Shown: positions 18,115 to 25,294 of the stretch, piece by piece
Layout of the letters: each line of letters starts with the position of its first letter
How positions within the stretch are numbered: the first letter of the stretch is position 1
NCBI GenBank assembly: GCA_036516715.1
Contig: DATDZX010000043.1
Span: 1-28,119 of the forward strand
Length of the DNA stretch: 28,119 nucleotides
Source of the DNA: Minisyncoccota bacterium
GTDB taxonomy: Bacteria > Patescibacteriota > Minisyncoccia > 2-02-FULL-40-12 > GWA2-44-9
Reading direction: 5' to 3'
Translations under genes and position numbers: made by a program
Notes under the pieces: generated by a model
The model's database searches: none
What the model was told of the DNA's origin: nothing
What the model saw: only the letters and a program-made list of their open reading frames with translations

Positions 18115-18594
18115 TTATAGCTTGTTGCCCATTATACTGTGTGCACAACAAATTGCAATAGCTAAGGCATCAGCCGCATCATCTGGATGAATTTTATCCT
18201 TAATTCCCAGCAAAAGTTTCACCATTTTCTGAACCTGATCCTTGTCTGCCCGGCCATAGCTTGAGACAGCCTGTTTTACCTGTAAAGGGGTATATTCATA
18301 GACTGGGATCTTAGCCAAACCAAGGGCTAAAAGGATGGAGCCTTTCGTCTCACTGACGGCTAGGGCCGTTTTTTTGTTTTTCATAAAGAATAGTTTTTCG
18401 ATTCCAGCGCAAGTCGGGGCATGAGAGACTATAATTTTTTGGATTTCCTGGTGGACATAAAGCATGTCCAGGGCTTTATCCTTAAACGAGGGCTCAATAA
18501 CCCCATAAGCCAAAGGAGAGAGCTTACTCTTATCATATTGGACGACCCCAAAGCCGACGCGGGTCGTGCCTGGATCAATGCCGAGAATAATCAT
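18115..18594 (-). CDS. ruvC: Holliday junction resolvase RuvC
   Basis: ILGIDPGTTRVGFG, IEKLFF, EYTPLQVKQAV.SYGRADK.QV and DDAADALAIA catalytic motifs. Confidence 0.97.
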   Translation of the reverse strand: MIILGIDPGTTRVGFGVVQYDKSKLSPLAYGVIEPSFKDKALDMLYVHQEIQKIIVSHAPTCAGIEKLFFMKNKKTALAVSETKGSILLALGLAKIPVYEYTPLQVKQAVSSYGRADKDQVQKMVKLLLGIKDKIHPDDAADALAIAICCAHSIMGNKL

Positions 18595-19100
18595 ACTGAT
18601 ACATTTAAGGCCACATCTTCCACGTCATCGTGATTATCAAGGGCCTCCAATAATTTATCTAATTTTGCTTCTGCCCCCTCTGGCACCTTCTCGATGGGTT
18701 GATGGAACATCCAACTGACACTTCCCAGAGAGACCATTTTAGCTTCATGGCTTGAAAGAATGGATTTAATTTCGGATATAGTCCTGTTTTTGTTATCCGT
18801 CACTCCTTTTATCCGCATTGCCACGCCACCTGGACCAAGAGCCTCAACGACAATCTCTTCCAGCTGAGCAGCCCCTTTTTCTGAAACCTTTTTTACAGCC
18901 CGCTCGATATTTTCATTGGGCATGTTCATCGCCCGGGCTTGCTCAATGGCCGAAGCGAGGGAGGGGTTTGCTTTTGGGTCAGCTCCTTTGCGGGCGGCAA
19001 GAGTGATGATTCGGCTTAATTTAGAAAAAACCTGGCCACGTTTTTGATCGGAGGCCGCCTTTTTGTGACGAATTTGAGACCAGCGCGAATGCCCACTCAT
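18591..19100 (-). CDS. yebC: YebC/PmpR-family protein, internally shortened (169 aa)
   Basis: MSGHSRWSQIRHKK, N..LA.AIEQAR..NMP.ENIERA, EA.GPGGVA, DNKNRT, and C-terminal L.ALDNHDDV.DV. Confidence 0.93.
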   Translation of the reverse strand: MSGHSRWSQIRHKKAASDQKRGQVFSKLSRIITLAARKGADPKANPSLASAIEQARAMNMPNENIERAVKKVSEKGAAQLEEIVVEALGPGGVAMRIKGVTDNKNRTISEIKSILSSHEAKMVSLGSVSWMFHQPIEKVPEGAEAKLDKLLEALDNHDDVEDVALNVSV

Positions 19101-19102
19101 AT

Positions 19103-20119
19103 TTAAATATCCAAAGTTTTCTTTGCGGGAAGATTTACGTGCTTATATCCATGCGACGTGAGAACTCTTCCTTTTGAGGTTCTAGCCAAAAACCCAACTC
19201 GGATAAGATACGGCTCATAGACCTCCTCTAAGGTGCTCTCTTCTTCGGAAATAGCGGCGGCAATTGATTTTATCCCTACCGGTCCGCCGTCGAATTTGTC
19301 GGCGATAGTGAAGAGGATTCTCCGATCAACCTCTTCAAGGCCATGCTCATCAATCTCAAGCATGGCCAAACTTTCTTGGGCAATTTTCCGGCTTATACTC
19401 TTGGCGTCTTTCATTTGAGCATAGTCTCTGACTCTTTTAAGGAGGCGGTTAGCCACTCGAGGCGTGAATCTTGAGGCATTAGCGATTGATTCTAGGGCCC
19501 CTTCCTCGATTGAGACCCTTAGCAATTTAGCGGACCGCTTTACAATCTCCCTGATTTCTTCTGGAGTGTAGAAATCAAGCCGGAAATTGACCCCAAAGCG
19601 GGATCGGAAAGGGGAGGAAAGCATGGAGATCTTGGTGGTGGCAGCAATCAAAGTAAATCTTGGTAGATCAATCTGGAGCATTTTGGCTGCCGTACCCTTG
19701 CCAATAACGATGTCCAGCTTATAGTTCTCCATTGCCGGATAAATAACTTCCTCCACATTTTTATTCAGCCGGTGAACTTCATCAACGAATAAAACGTCGC
19801 CATCGCTAAGCCCAGTAAGAATGGAGCCGACATCACCGGCTTTCTCTAGAGCGGTCCCGGAAGTGACCCTAAGATTTGCCCCTAATTCGTGGGCGATAAG
19901 GTGGGCGAGAGTGGTCTTGCCTAACCCCGAAGGACCGTGAAGGAGAATGTGCTCAATGGGCTCATTTCTCTTTTTAGCTGCCCCGATGATGACCTCAAGG
20001 TTTTGTCTTATCTTTGATTGACCGACGTACTCTTTAAAGTTCCTGGGCCGCAAGGCCTGATCAAGGACTTGATCATCTAAACCTTCAGAAGGCGAGGTAA
20101 TTTGAGGCTTGACATCCAT
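19103..20119 (-). CDS. ruvB: Holliday junction branch-migration ATPase RuvB
   Basis: LRP..F.EY.GQ, Walker A GPSGLGKTT, LFVDEVHRL, FTLIAATT, EEVYEPYL...G...RT.KGR. Confidence 0.98.
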   Translation of the reverse strand: MDVKPQITSPSEGLDDQVLDQALRPRNFKEYVGQSKIRQNLEVIIGAAKKRNEPIEHILLHGPSGLGKTTLAHLIAHELGANLRVTSGTALEKAGDVGSILTGLSDGDVLFVDEVHRLNKNVEEVIYPAMENYKLDIVIGKGTAAKMLQIDLPRFTLIAATTKISMLSSPFRSRFGVNFRLDFYTPEEIREIVKRSAKLLRVSIEEGALESIANASRFTPRVANRLLKRVRDYAQMKDAKSISRKIAQESLAMLEIDEHGLEEVDRRILFTIADKFDGGPVGIKSIAAAISEEESTLEEVYEPYLIRVGFLARTSKGRVLTSHGYKHVNLPAKKTLDI

Positions 20120-20137
20120 CTTTTAATTGATTAGAAT
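20109..20137 (+). promoter_or_regulatory. Near-consensus sigma70 promoter pointing into the ruvB-pilB intergenic region
   Basis: TTGACA(20109-20114)-17 nt-TAGAAT(20132-20137); the -35 overlaps the first ruvB codons on the opposite strand. Confidence 0.55.
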
Positions 20138-20192
20138 ATATACTGTAATTCCCGAAATAGAAGGGGATTTTCTTTCGGCTAAGCCTTACTTG

Positions 20193-20363
20193 GCGCGCCT
20201 TTCCAATCTGTAGGCAAATTGGGTTGTCGTCTAAAGACCTATGATCCAATCGGGATACTATCGAGTCGGATAGTTTGGTTTCGACTGGGCTACTCCTCAG
20301 AACTATCCTGCCCCACTTTTATTACTAAACTTGGGATCTTGCCTACAGATTGGAAAAGCGCGC
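20193..20363. ncRNA. Structured non-coding RNA candidate, 6S (ssrS)-like
   Basis: 171 nt closed by a 25-nt inverted repeat (24/25 matched), with an internal 8-bp helix ggatagtt/aactatcc and an asymmetric A/U-rich central region. Strand unresolved. Confidence 0.55.
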
Positions 20364-20369
20364 TTTTTG

Positions 20370-22016
20370 CTACCCGACAACTCTCTCAATTTCATCAAAT
20401 GAGGTAATACCCTCGATCATTTTCAGATAACCATCCTGAAGCATGGTAATCATGCCCTCCTGAACTGCCAATTTTTCAATATCAGATACGGCTGGATTCT
20501 GAAGGGTTAACTTTTCCATCGCTTCAGTCATGGCGAAGCCTTCAAAAACACCAATTCTCCCTGAATAGCCAGTCTGACCGCATTGGTCGCATGAGCTTGG
20601 CCCATAAACCAGAGTTGATTCAAAAACGTCTTTCTTAATCGCTGAAAGAGAAGATTGGACCTTGGCCAGTTGTTCAGGACTCAGCTTGCTTTCCTTTTTA
20701 CAATGAGGACACAGTTTTCTGACTAATCTTTGAGCCATAGCTAGCTTAATGCCCGAGGCGACAATATGCGGCTCGATTTTAAAGTTCACTAGCCTAGGCA
20801 CGGTCCCGGCGGCATCATTGGTGTGTAGTGTTGAAAGAACCAAGTGGCCGGTCAAGGCTGCCTGAAGGGCGATCTGGGCTGTTTCCCCGTCTCTTACCTC
20901 GCCGACTAATATAATGTCAGGGTCTTGGCGGACGATGGCTCTCAGACCGTCAGCAAAGGTATATTTTTTCTTCACATCGACTTGGGTTTGGGAGATGCCT
21001 TCGATGTGGTATTCGATGGGATCTTCGATGGTTATGATTTTGCTGTCAGGGCTATTTAAGGCCTCGATGCAGGCGTAGAGAGTTGTCGTTTTGCCTGAAC
21101 CAGTTGGGCCAGTAGTCAAGATGGCACCTGTTGGCTTTGAGAGTCTTTCTTTTAGGAGGGCCAACAATTCTGGCCTCATGCCTAAATCGTTAAGCTTCGT
21201 CCGAATGGTTCTTGGGTCGAGAAGTCTCATGACCAATGTTTCCCCGTACTCGCTTGGCAGAACCGAAACCCTAACCTCTATTGCCGATCCTTTGTGGTGA
21301 ATGGTGAACCTACCATCTTGGGGAGTCTTATGAATATTCAGCTGAAGGCCCGAGAGGACCTTGATCCGATTCAGAAGCTTCACATATGTTTCCGGGTCTA
21401 CAAAACCGATGTCTTGGAGAAGGCCATCTAAACGGTAGCGCAGGCGGACCTTGTTTTCTTGGGGCTCAAGATGGACATCGGAAGCCGAGGTTCTCAGGGC
21501 ACCAGCAATAACAATTTCTAGAAGCTTGGTAGTCGAAACCTTTTGGACCTGGGCCTGAAGATCCGACACGTCCTTTATCTCCGCCTCAAGCTTGGCCAGA
21601 TCTTCTTCCTCGATGTCGATAGAGCCGACCTTAAATGTTTCTTGGGTCTTCACCAGGGCGTATCTGCCCCAGGCTCTTTCCAGGGAGTGGGGAGAGGTAA
21701 TAATGAGGGTAGGAATATACCCCTGGGAAGAAAGGGAGGCCAAGACATCTTTGGCCTCTTTAAGTTCAGGGTCACAAGTGGCAATCGTTAGATTCTTGCC
21801 TGTTTTGAAAAGAACGGCCAGCAAGGCGCCCCTCGCCTCTGGCTCTGGGACTAAGGTTAAAGCCTCAACATCAATTGGAGCCGATGAAAGGTCGGAAAAA
21901 GGCAGCCCAAGCTTTTGGGCCAGAGCCCGGTATTGATCCTCGCTGCCTTGAAGGCGGATTTCAGAAAGTTTCTTTTCCAACTCCTCCTGAGTCTGAGAAG
22001 ATGATTGTGGCGGCAT
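20370..22016 (-). CDS. pilB: PilB/GspE-family type IV pilus/T2SS extension ATPase
   Basis: ASDVHLEP, RYRLDG, PQDGRF, Walker A GPTGSGKTT, TIEDPIEY, RQDPDIILVGEVRD, His box STLHTNDA, Zn motif CPHC...CDQC. Confidence 0.9.
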   Translation of the reverse strand: MPPQSSSQTQEELEKKLSEIRLQGSEDQYRALAQKLGLPFSDLSSAPIDVEALTLVPEPEARGALLAVLFKTGKNLTIATCDPELKEAKDVLASLSSQGYIPTLIITSPHSLERAWGRYALVKTQETFKVGSIDIEEEDLAKLEAEIKDVSDLQAQVQKVSTTKLLEIVIAGALRTSASDVHLEPQENKVRLRYRLDGLLQDIGFVDPETYVKLLNRIKVLSGLQLNIHKTPQDGRFTIHHKGSAIEVRVSVLPSEYGETLVMRLLDPRTIRTKLNDLGMRPELLALLKERLSKPTGAILTTGPTGSGKTTTLYACIEALNSPDSKIITIEDPIEYHIEGISQTQVDVKKKYTFADGLRAIVRQDPDIILVGEVRDGETAQIALQAALTGHLVLSTLHTNDAAGTVPRLVNFKIEPHIVASGIKLAMAQRLVRKLCPHCKKESKLSPEQLAKVQSSLSAIKKDVFESTLVYGPSSCDQCGQTGYSGRIGVFEGFAMTEAMEKLTLQNPAVSDIEKLAVQEGMITMLQDGYLKMIEGITSFDEIERVVG

Positions 22017-22087
22017 TGTTAAAAGTGTAACATTTTCAACCCCGATGCCTCAATCTAGCCCAGTTTCCCTTTTTGTAAAGGAAATTT

Positions 22088-22096
22088 TGTGGATAA
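22088..22096 (-). promoter_or_regulatory. Perfect DnaA box in the pilB/nusA divergent promoter region
   Basis: tgtggataa = reverse complement of TTATCCACA, 10 nt upstream of the nusA -35. Confidence 0.5.
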
Positions 22097-22106
22097 GGGC
22101 AAGAAC

Positions 22107-22135
22107 TTGACCGAATAGCCCATTCTTGCTACCAT
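22107..22135 (+). promoter_or_regulatory. Probable sigma70 promoter of nusA-tig
   Basis: TTGACC-17 nt-TACCAT with TG extension. Confidence 0.6.
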
Positions 22136-22205
22136 TTGTGTGTCGATTGTAATTAGGGTCCGCTATGCGGGCCCTAACTTCTAAAAAACTAAATAACAAT
22201 TAAAT

Positions 22206-23453
22206 ATGCTTGACACAAAACAATTCGCTTCGGCTATCAAGCAGATCGCCGAAGAAAAGGGAATCTCAGAGCAAAGCGTCTTTGAGACCATTGAGGCTGC
22301 TATTGCCGCGGCCTACAAAAGGGAATACGGCCAGAAAGGCCAAGTCATTAGGGCCAAATTAGACATGGAAACCGGCAAACTGGACGTGACTCAGGTTTTC
22401 TATGTCGTGGAAGGAGCGGATGAAGAAGGTAACATAACTGGACCCTTGCCGACAAAGCTGGCAGAAGAGAGACCGGACTTCCAAGACCTGGAAAGCGGCC
22501 GAAGAGGAAGACCGGAAGAGAGCACCCCTCAAGAAGGGGAGGAGCTAAAGATAAAGTTTAATCCGGAAAAATACATTCTTCTTGAGGAAGCCAAAAAAAC
22601 CCAGAAGGGCGCTAAGGTCGGCGATGAGATCATTACCAAGCTTGAGCCGAAGACCGAATTCGGCCGGATCGCCGCCCAGGTGGCCAAGCAGGTTATTATC
22701 CAAAGGCTCAGAGAAGCTGAACGGGGCGCCATCTATTCCGAATTCAAAAATCGGGAGGGTGAGATTGTTAGCGGAGTCGTCCAAAGGAAAGAAGGCCCTT
22801 TAGTTTTTGTGGATCTAGGCAAAACCAACGGCATCCTGCCGCCGGTTGAACAGATGCCCACCGACAATTATCGCATCAGCCAGCGATACCGCTTCTATCT
22901 TTTAAAGGTAGAAGAGACATCTCGGGGCCCAGCCGTAGTTCTCTCCCGATCCCACCCCAAGCTTGTAGAGGGTCTTTTCCGAATGGAAGTGCCGGAGATT
23001 GATAGCGAGGCCGTCCAGGTCAAAGCCATTGCCAGAGAAGCTGGCTCCCGGACCAAAATCGCTGTCGCCTCAGAAGAAGAGGGCATTGATCCTATTGGCT
23101 CTCTTGTTGGCCAGAAAGGGGTTAGGGTTCAGACAGTCATTAATGAGCTTTCAGGAGAAAAGATTGATATTATTTCCTGGGCCCAGGAACCTAAAGAATT
23201 CATTGCCAATGCTTTTTCTCCAGCCAAGGTTCTCAGTGTTACTCTTTTGGATGATGTAAGGAAGCATGCCTTAGTTGAGGTTTCTGATGATCAATTCTCT
23301 CTAGCAATCGGTAAAAGAGGCCAGAACGTCCGTTTGGCGGCCAAGCTGTCTGGCTGGAGAATTGATGTCCGTTCACCGAAAGAAAAAATGGAATTCCCTG
23401 AATTAGAAAAAGCAGAAGGGGAACCACCTAAAGATGGAGTACAAAACGAATAA
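22206..23453 (+). CDS. nusA: Transcription elongation factor NusA
   Basis: FGRIAAQVAKQVIIQRLREAER, S1 domain, SRSHP, F..EVPEI, AREAGSRTKIAV, GEKIDII, LAIGKRGQNVRLAAKL.GW.ID. Confidence 0.98.
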   Translation: MLDTKQFASAIKQIAEEKGISEQSVFETIEAAIAAAYKREYGQKGQVIRAKLDMETGKLDVTQVFYVVEGADEEGNITGPLPTKLAEERPDFQDLESGRRGRPEESTPQEGEELKIKFNPEKYILLEEAKKTQKGAKVGDEIITKLEPKTEFGRIAAQVAKQVIIQRLREAERGAIYSEFKNREGEIVSGVVQRKEGPLVFVDLGKTNGILPPVEQMPTDNYRISQRYRFYLLKVEETSRGPAVVLSRSHPKLVEGLFRMEVPEIDSEAVQVKAIAREAGSRTKIAVASEEEGIDPIGSLVGQKGVRVQTVINELSGEKIDIISWAQEPKEFIANAFSPAKVLSVTLLDDVRKHALVEVSDDQFSLAIGKRGQNVRLAAKLSGWRIDVRSPKEKMEFPELEKAEGEPPKDGVQNE

Positions 23454-24705
23454 AGGAAAAGAAGGTTTGGAAATTGAGATATCTTTGGATAAGGATGAGC
23501 TTTTGAAATACATAAAAGATGTCGAGGTCCAACTAATCCAAGATCTTGAAATTGATGGTTTCAGAAAGGGCAAAGTGCCAGTTGAAGTGGGTCGGAAATA
23601 TTTGGATCCTGAAAAAGTAAGAAGCCTGGCTCTGGAATATGCCGTCGAGCGGAGCTTAGCTGAGGCGGCCAGAAAAGGAGGGCTTGAAGTCTACCAAGCG
23701 AATAAGGTGGAGATTAAAGAGAATACGGGGGAGAGCCTCAGATTCACCGCTGTCCTTACCTTGTTCCCTCAAGTCGCCTTCGGAGATATTAAGGATTTAA
23801 AGGTGGAAAAAAAGAAAATCGATGTCGTGCCCAAAGAAATAGATGAAACCATCGAGGCAATCAGAGTCTCCCGCGCGAAATTTTTAGATTCTGACCTTCC
23901 GGCCCAGGAAGGCGACCGGGTAGAGATCGACTTTGATGTTAAAAAGGATGGCCAGAGCATTGAAGGAGGGACAAGCAAAAACCACCCCTTAACTATTGGC
24001 AAGAAGGCTTTTATCCCTGGATTTGAAGAGGCCTTGGTGGGGATGAAAAAGGAAGAAGAAAAGAAGTTTTCTTTAATGGTTCCCAAGGATTATGGGAATA
24101 AAGACATTGCTGGCCAAAAGCTAGATTGCACAGTTACCATGAAGGACATAAAAAAAGTCCAGCTGCCAGAATTGGACGACGCTTTTATCCAGGGCTTGGG
24201 CAGGTTTAAAAATAAAGAACAGCTGGTGCTAAACATTGAGGAAGGCATCAGGGCAGAGAAAGAGGAGAAAGAAAAAGAAAGAGTCCGGTTGGAAGTTTTA
24301 AATAAAATTATCCAAGCCTCTGATTTTGATGTGCCTGAGACTTTCATTGAAGATCAACTAAGGCAAATGATTGAAAACTTCCATCAAGATCTCCACCAGC
24401 ACGGCATGGAGTTGTCGGTATATTTAGCCAGGTTTGGTAAGACAGAAGATGATTTAAAAAAAGAATGGCGGGAAGATGCGGCTAAACAGGTGAAAATGAC
24501 CTTTATTCTTCGCCAGATAGTAAAAGACAAAGGGATAAAAGTCGATGGCTCAGAGGTGGAAGAGACCGTGAACATGGCTCTTCAGTCTACTGTGCAATCA
24601 GGCCCTCAGCCCCCAATAGACATCCAACATTTAAGGGCCTCTATCTCGGCCAAGCTAGTCAACGAAAAAGCCCTTCAATATCTAGAAAAGGAGTACGTAA
24701 GTTAG
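23434..24705 (+). CDS. tig: Trigger factor
   Basis: Ribosome-binding signature GFRKGKVP, FKBP-type domain (GDRVEIDF...FIPGFEEALVGMK) and a helical C-terminal domain. Confidence 0.95.
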   Translation: MEYKTNKGKEGLEIEISLDKDELLKYIKDVEVQLIQDLEIDGFRKGKVPVEVGRKYLDPEKVRSLALEYAVERSLAEAARKGGLEVYQANKVEIKENTGESLRFTAVLTLFPQVAFGDIKDLKVEKKKIDVVPKEIDETIEAIRVSRAKFLDSDLPAQEGDRVEIDFDVKKDGQSIEGGTSKNHPLTIGKKAFIPGFEEALVGMKKEEEKKFSLMVPKDYGNKDIAGQKLDCTVTMKDIKKVQLPELDDAFIQGLGRFKNKEQLVLNIEEGIRAEKEEKEKERVRLEVLNKIIQASDFDVPETFIEDQLRQMIENFHQDLHQHGMELSVYLARFGKTEDDLKKEWREDAAKQVKMTFILRQIVKDKGIKVDGSEVEETVNMALQSTVQSGPQPPIDIQHLRASISAKLVNEKALQYLEKEYVS

Positions 24706-24731
24706 AAAACGCCCGTGAGGGCGTTTTCTAA
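24702..24731. terminator. Intrinsic terminator after tig, potentially bidirectional
   Basis: Perfect 13-bp arms ttagaaaacgccc-gtga-gggcgttttctaa. Confidence 0.85.
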
Positions 24732-24752
24732 TAAACCGAGAATTCGTGAGGC

Positions 24753-24781
24753 TTGCAGTAATATGTATTCTGATATAGAAT
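24753..24781 (+). promoter_or_regulatory. Probable sigma70 promoter of the doxX-desulfurase operon
   Basis: TTGCAG-17 nt-TAGAAT. Confidence 0.55.
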
Positions 24782-24795
24782 ATTTTTGAATTGTT

Positions 24796-24841
24796 TCGCT
24801 CCTTTCCTTCTGCTTCGGATGAGTCAGAGGGAAAGGAGCGA
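24796..24841. repeat. 17-bp inverted repeat (long hairpin) upstream of doxX
   Basis: tcgctcctttccttctg / cagagggaaaggagcga; 16 Watson-Crick pairs plus one G-U on the plus strand; 12-nt loop starting cttcgg. Confidence 0.85.
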
Positions 24842-24911
24842 TTTAGCACCGAGAGCCTCTCGAGACTCCTAGTCTATATATATATTACTATACTTTTTCG
24901 ATTTTGTCAAT

Positions 24912-25292
24912 ATGTTCCAATCTTTCCGATACTCCAACATTTTTCTCCGCTTAGGCTTAGCCTTCGTTTTCTTATGGTTTGGGATTGATAAGTTTTTCGA
25001 CCCTACCTACTGGCTCCAAGCTTGGGTTCCTCAATCAGTCAGTCAATATGCTTTAAATTGGGGGATCCAGCCGAACGACCTTGTTTATGCGGTTGGTGTT
25101 TTTGAGACGCTTGTCGGGATCAGTCTCTTGGGAAATCTTTTTGTTCCGTTATTTTCTGGATTAGCCATTATTTTCCTTTTGGCCATAACTCTTTTTCACG
25201 GTTTTAATGAGGTGATTGTTAGGGACGTTGGATTAATAGGGGGCCTGCTGTCTCTCTTGGTCTGGCCTCGCCAAAGAAAGCTCTTCTTGTAA
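24912..25292 (+). CDS. DoxX-family membrane protein
   Basis: LRLGLAFVFLWFGIDKF, GVFE.LVG..LL and IVRDVGL.GG motifs; about 4 TM segments. Confidence 0.85.
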   Translation: MFQSFRYSNIFLRLGLAFVFLWFGIDKFFDPTYWLQAWVPQSVSQYALNWGIQPNDLVYAVGVFETLVGISLLGNLFVPLFSGLAIIFLLAITLFHGFNEVIVRDVGLIGGLLSLLVWPRQRKLFL

Positions 25293-25294
25293 CC

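Noticed and set aside
20219-20407. 62-aa minus-strand ORF across the structured RNA
   Set aside because: It overlaps pilB out of frame and has no recognisable features; the region is better explained as RNA structure.
22471-22515. Palindromic coding insertion (RPE-like) explaining the NusA loop
   Set aside because: Only a 5-bp core (ttcca/tggaa) with weak flanks, and no second copy was noticed in the window.
24842-24853. GGTGCTAAAT on the minus strand resembling the SAM-I riboswitch P3/P4 junction motif
   Set aside because: The rest of the SAM-I core (AUC-AGAG, GCAAC, GAU) is missing and there is no downstream gene on that strand.
24791-24988. 65-aa TTG-start ORF, and a mirror-like minus-strand reading (RSFPS...EGKER on both strands)
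   Set aside because: The similar peptides on both strands are a by-product of the inverted repeat; the ORF overlaps doxX out of frame.
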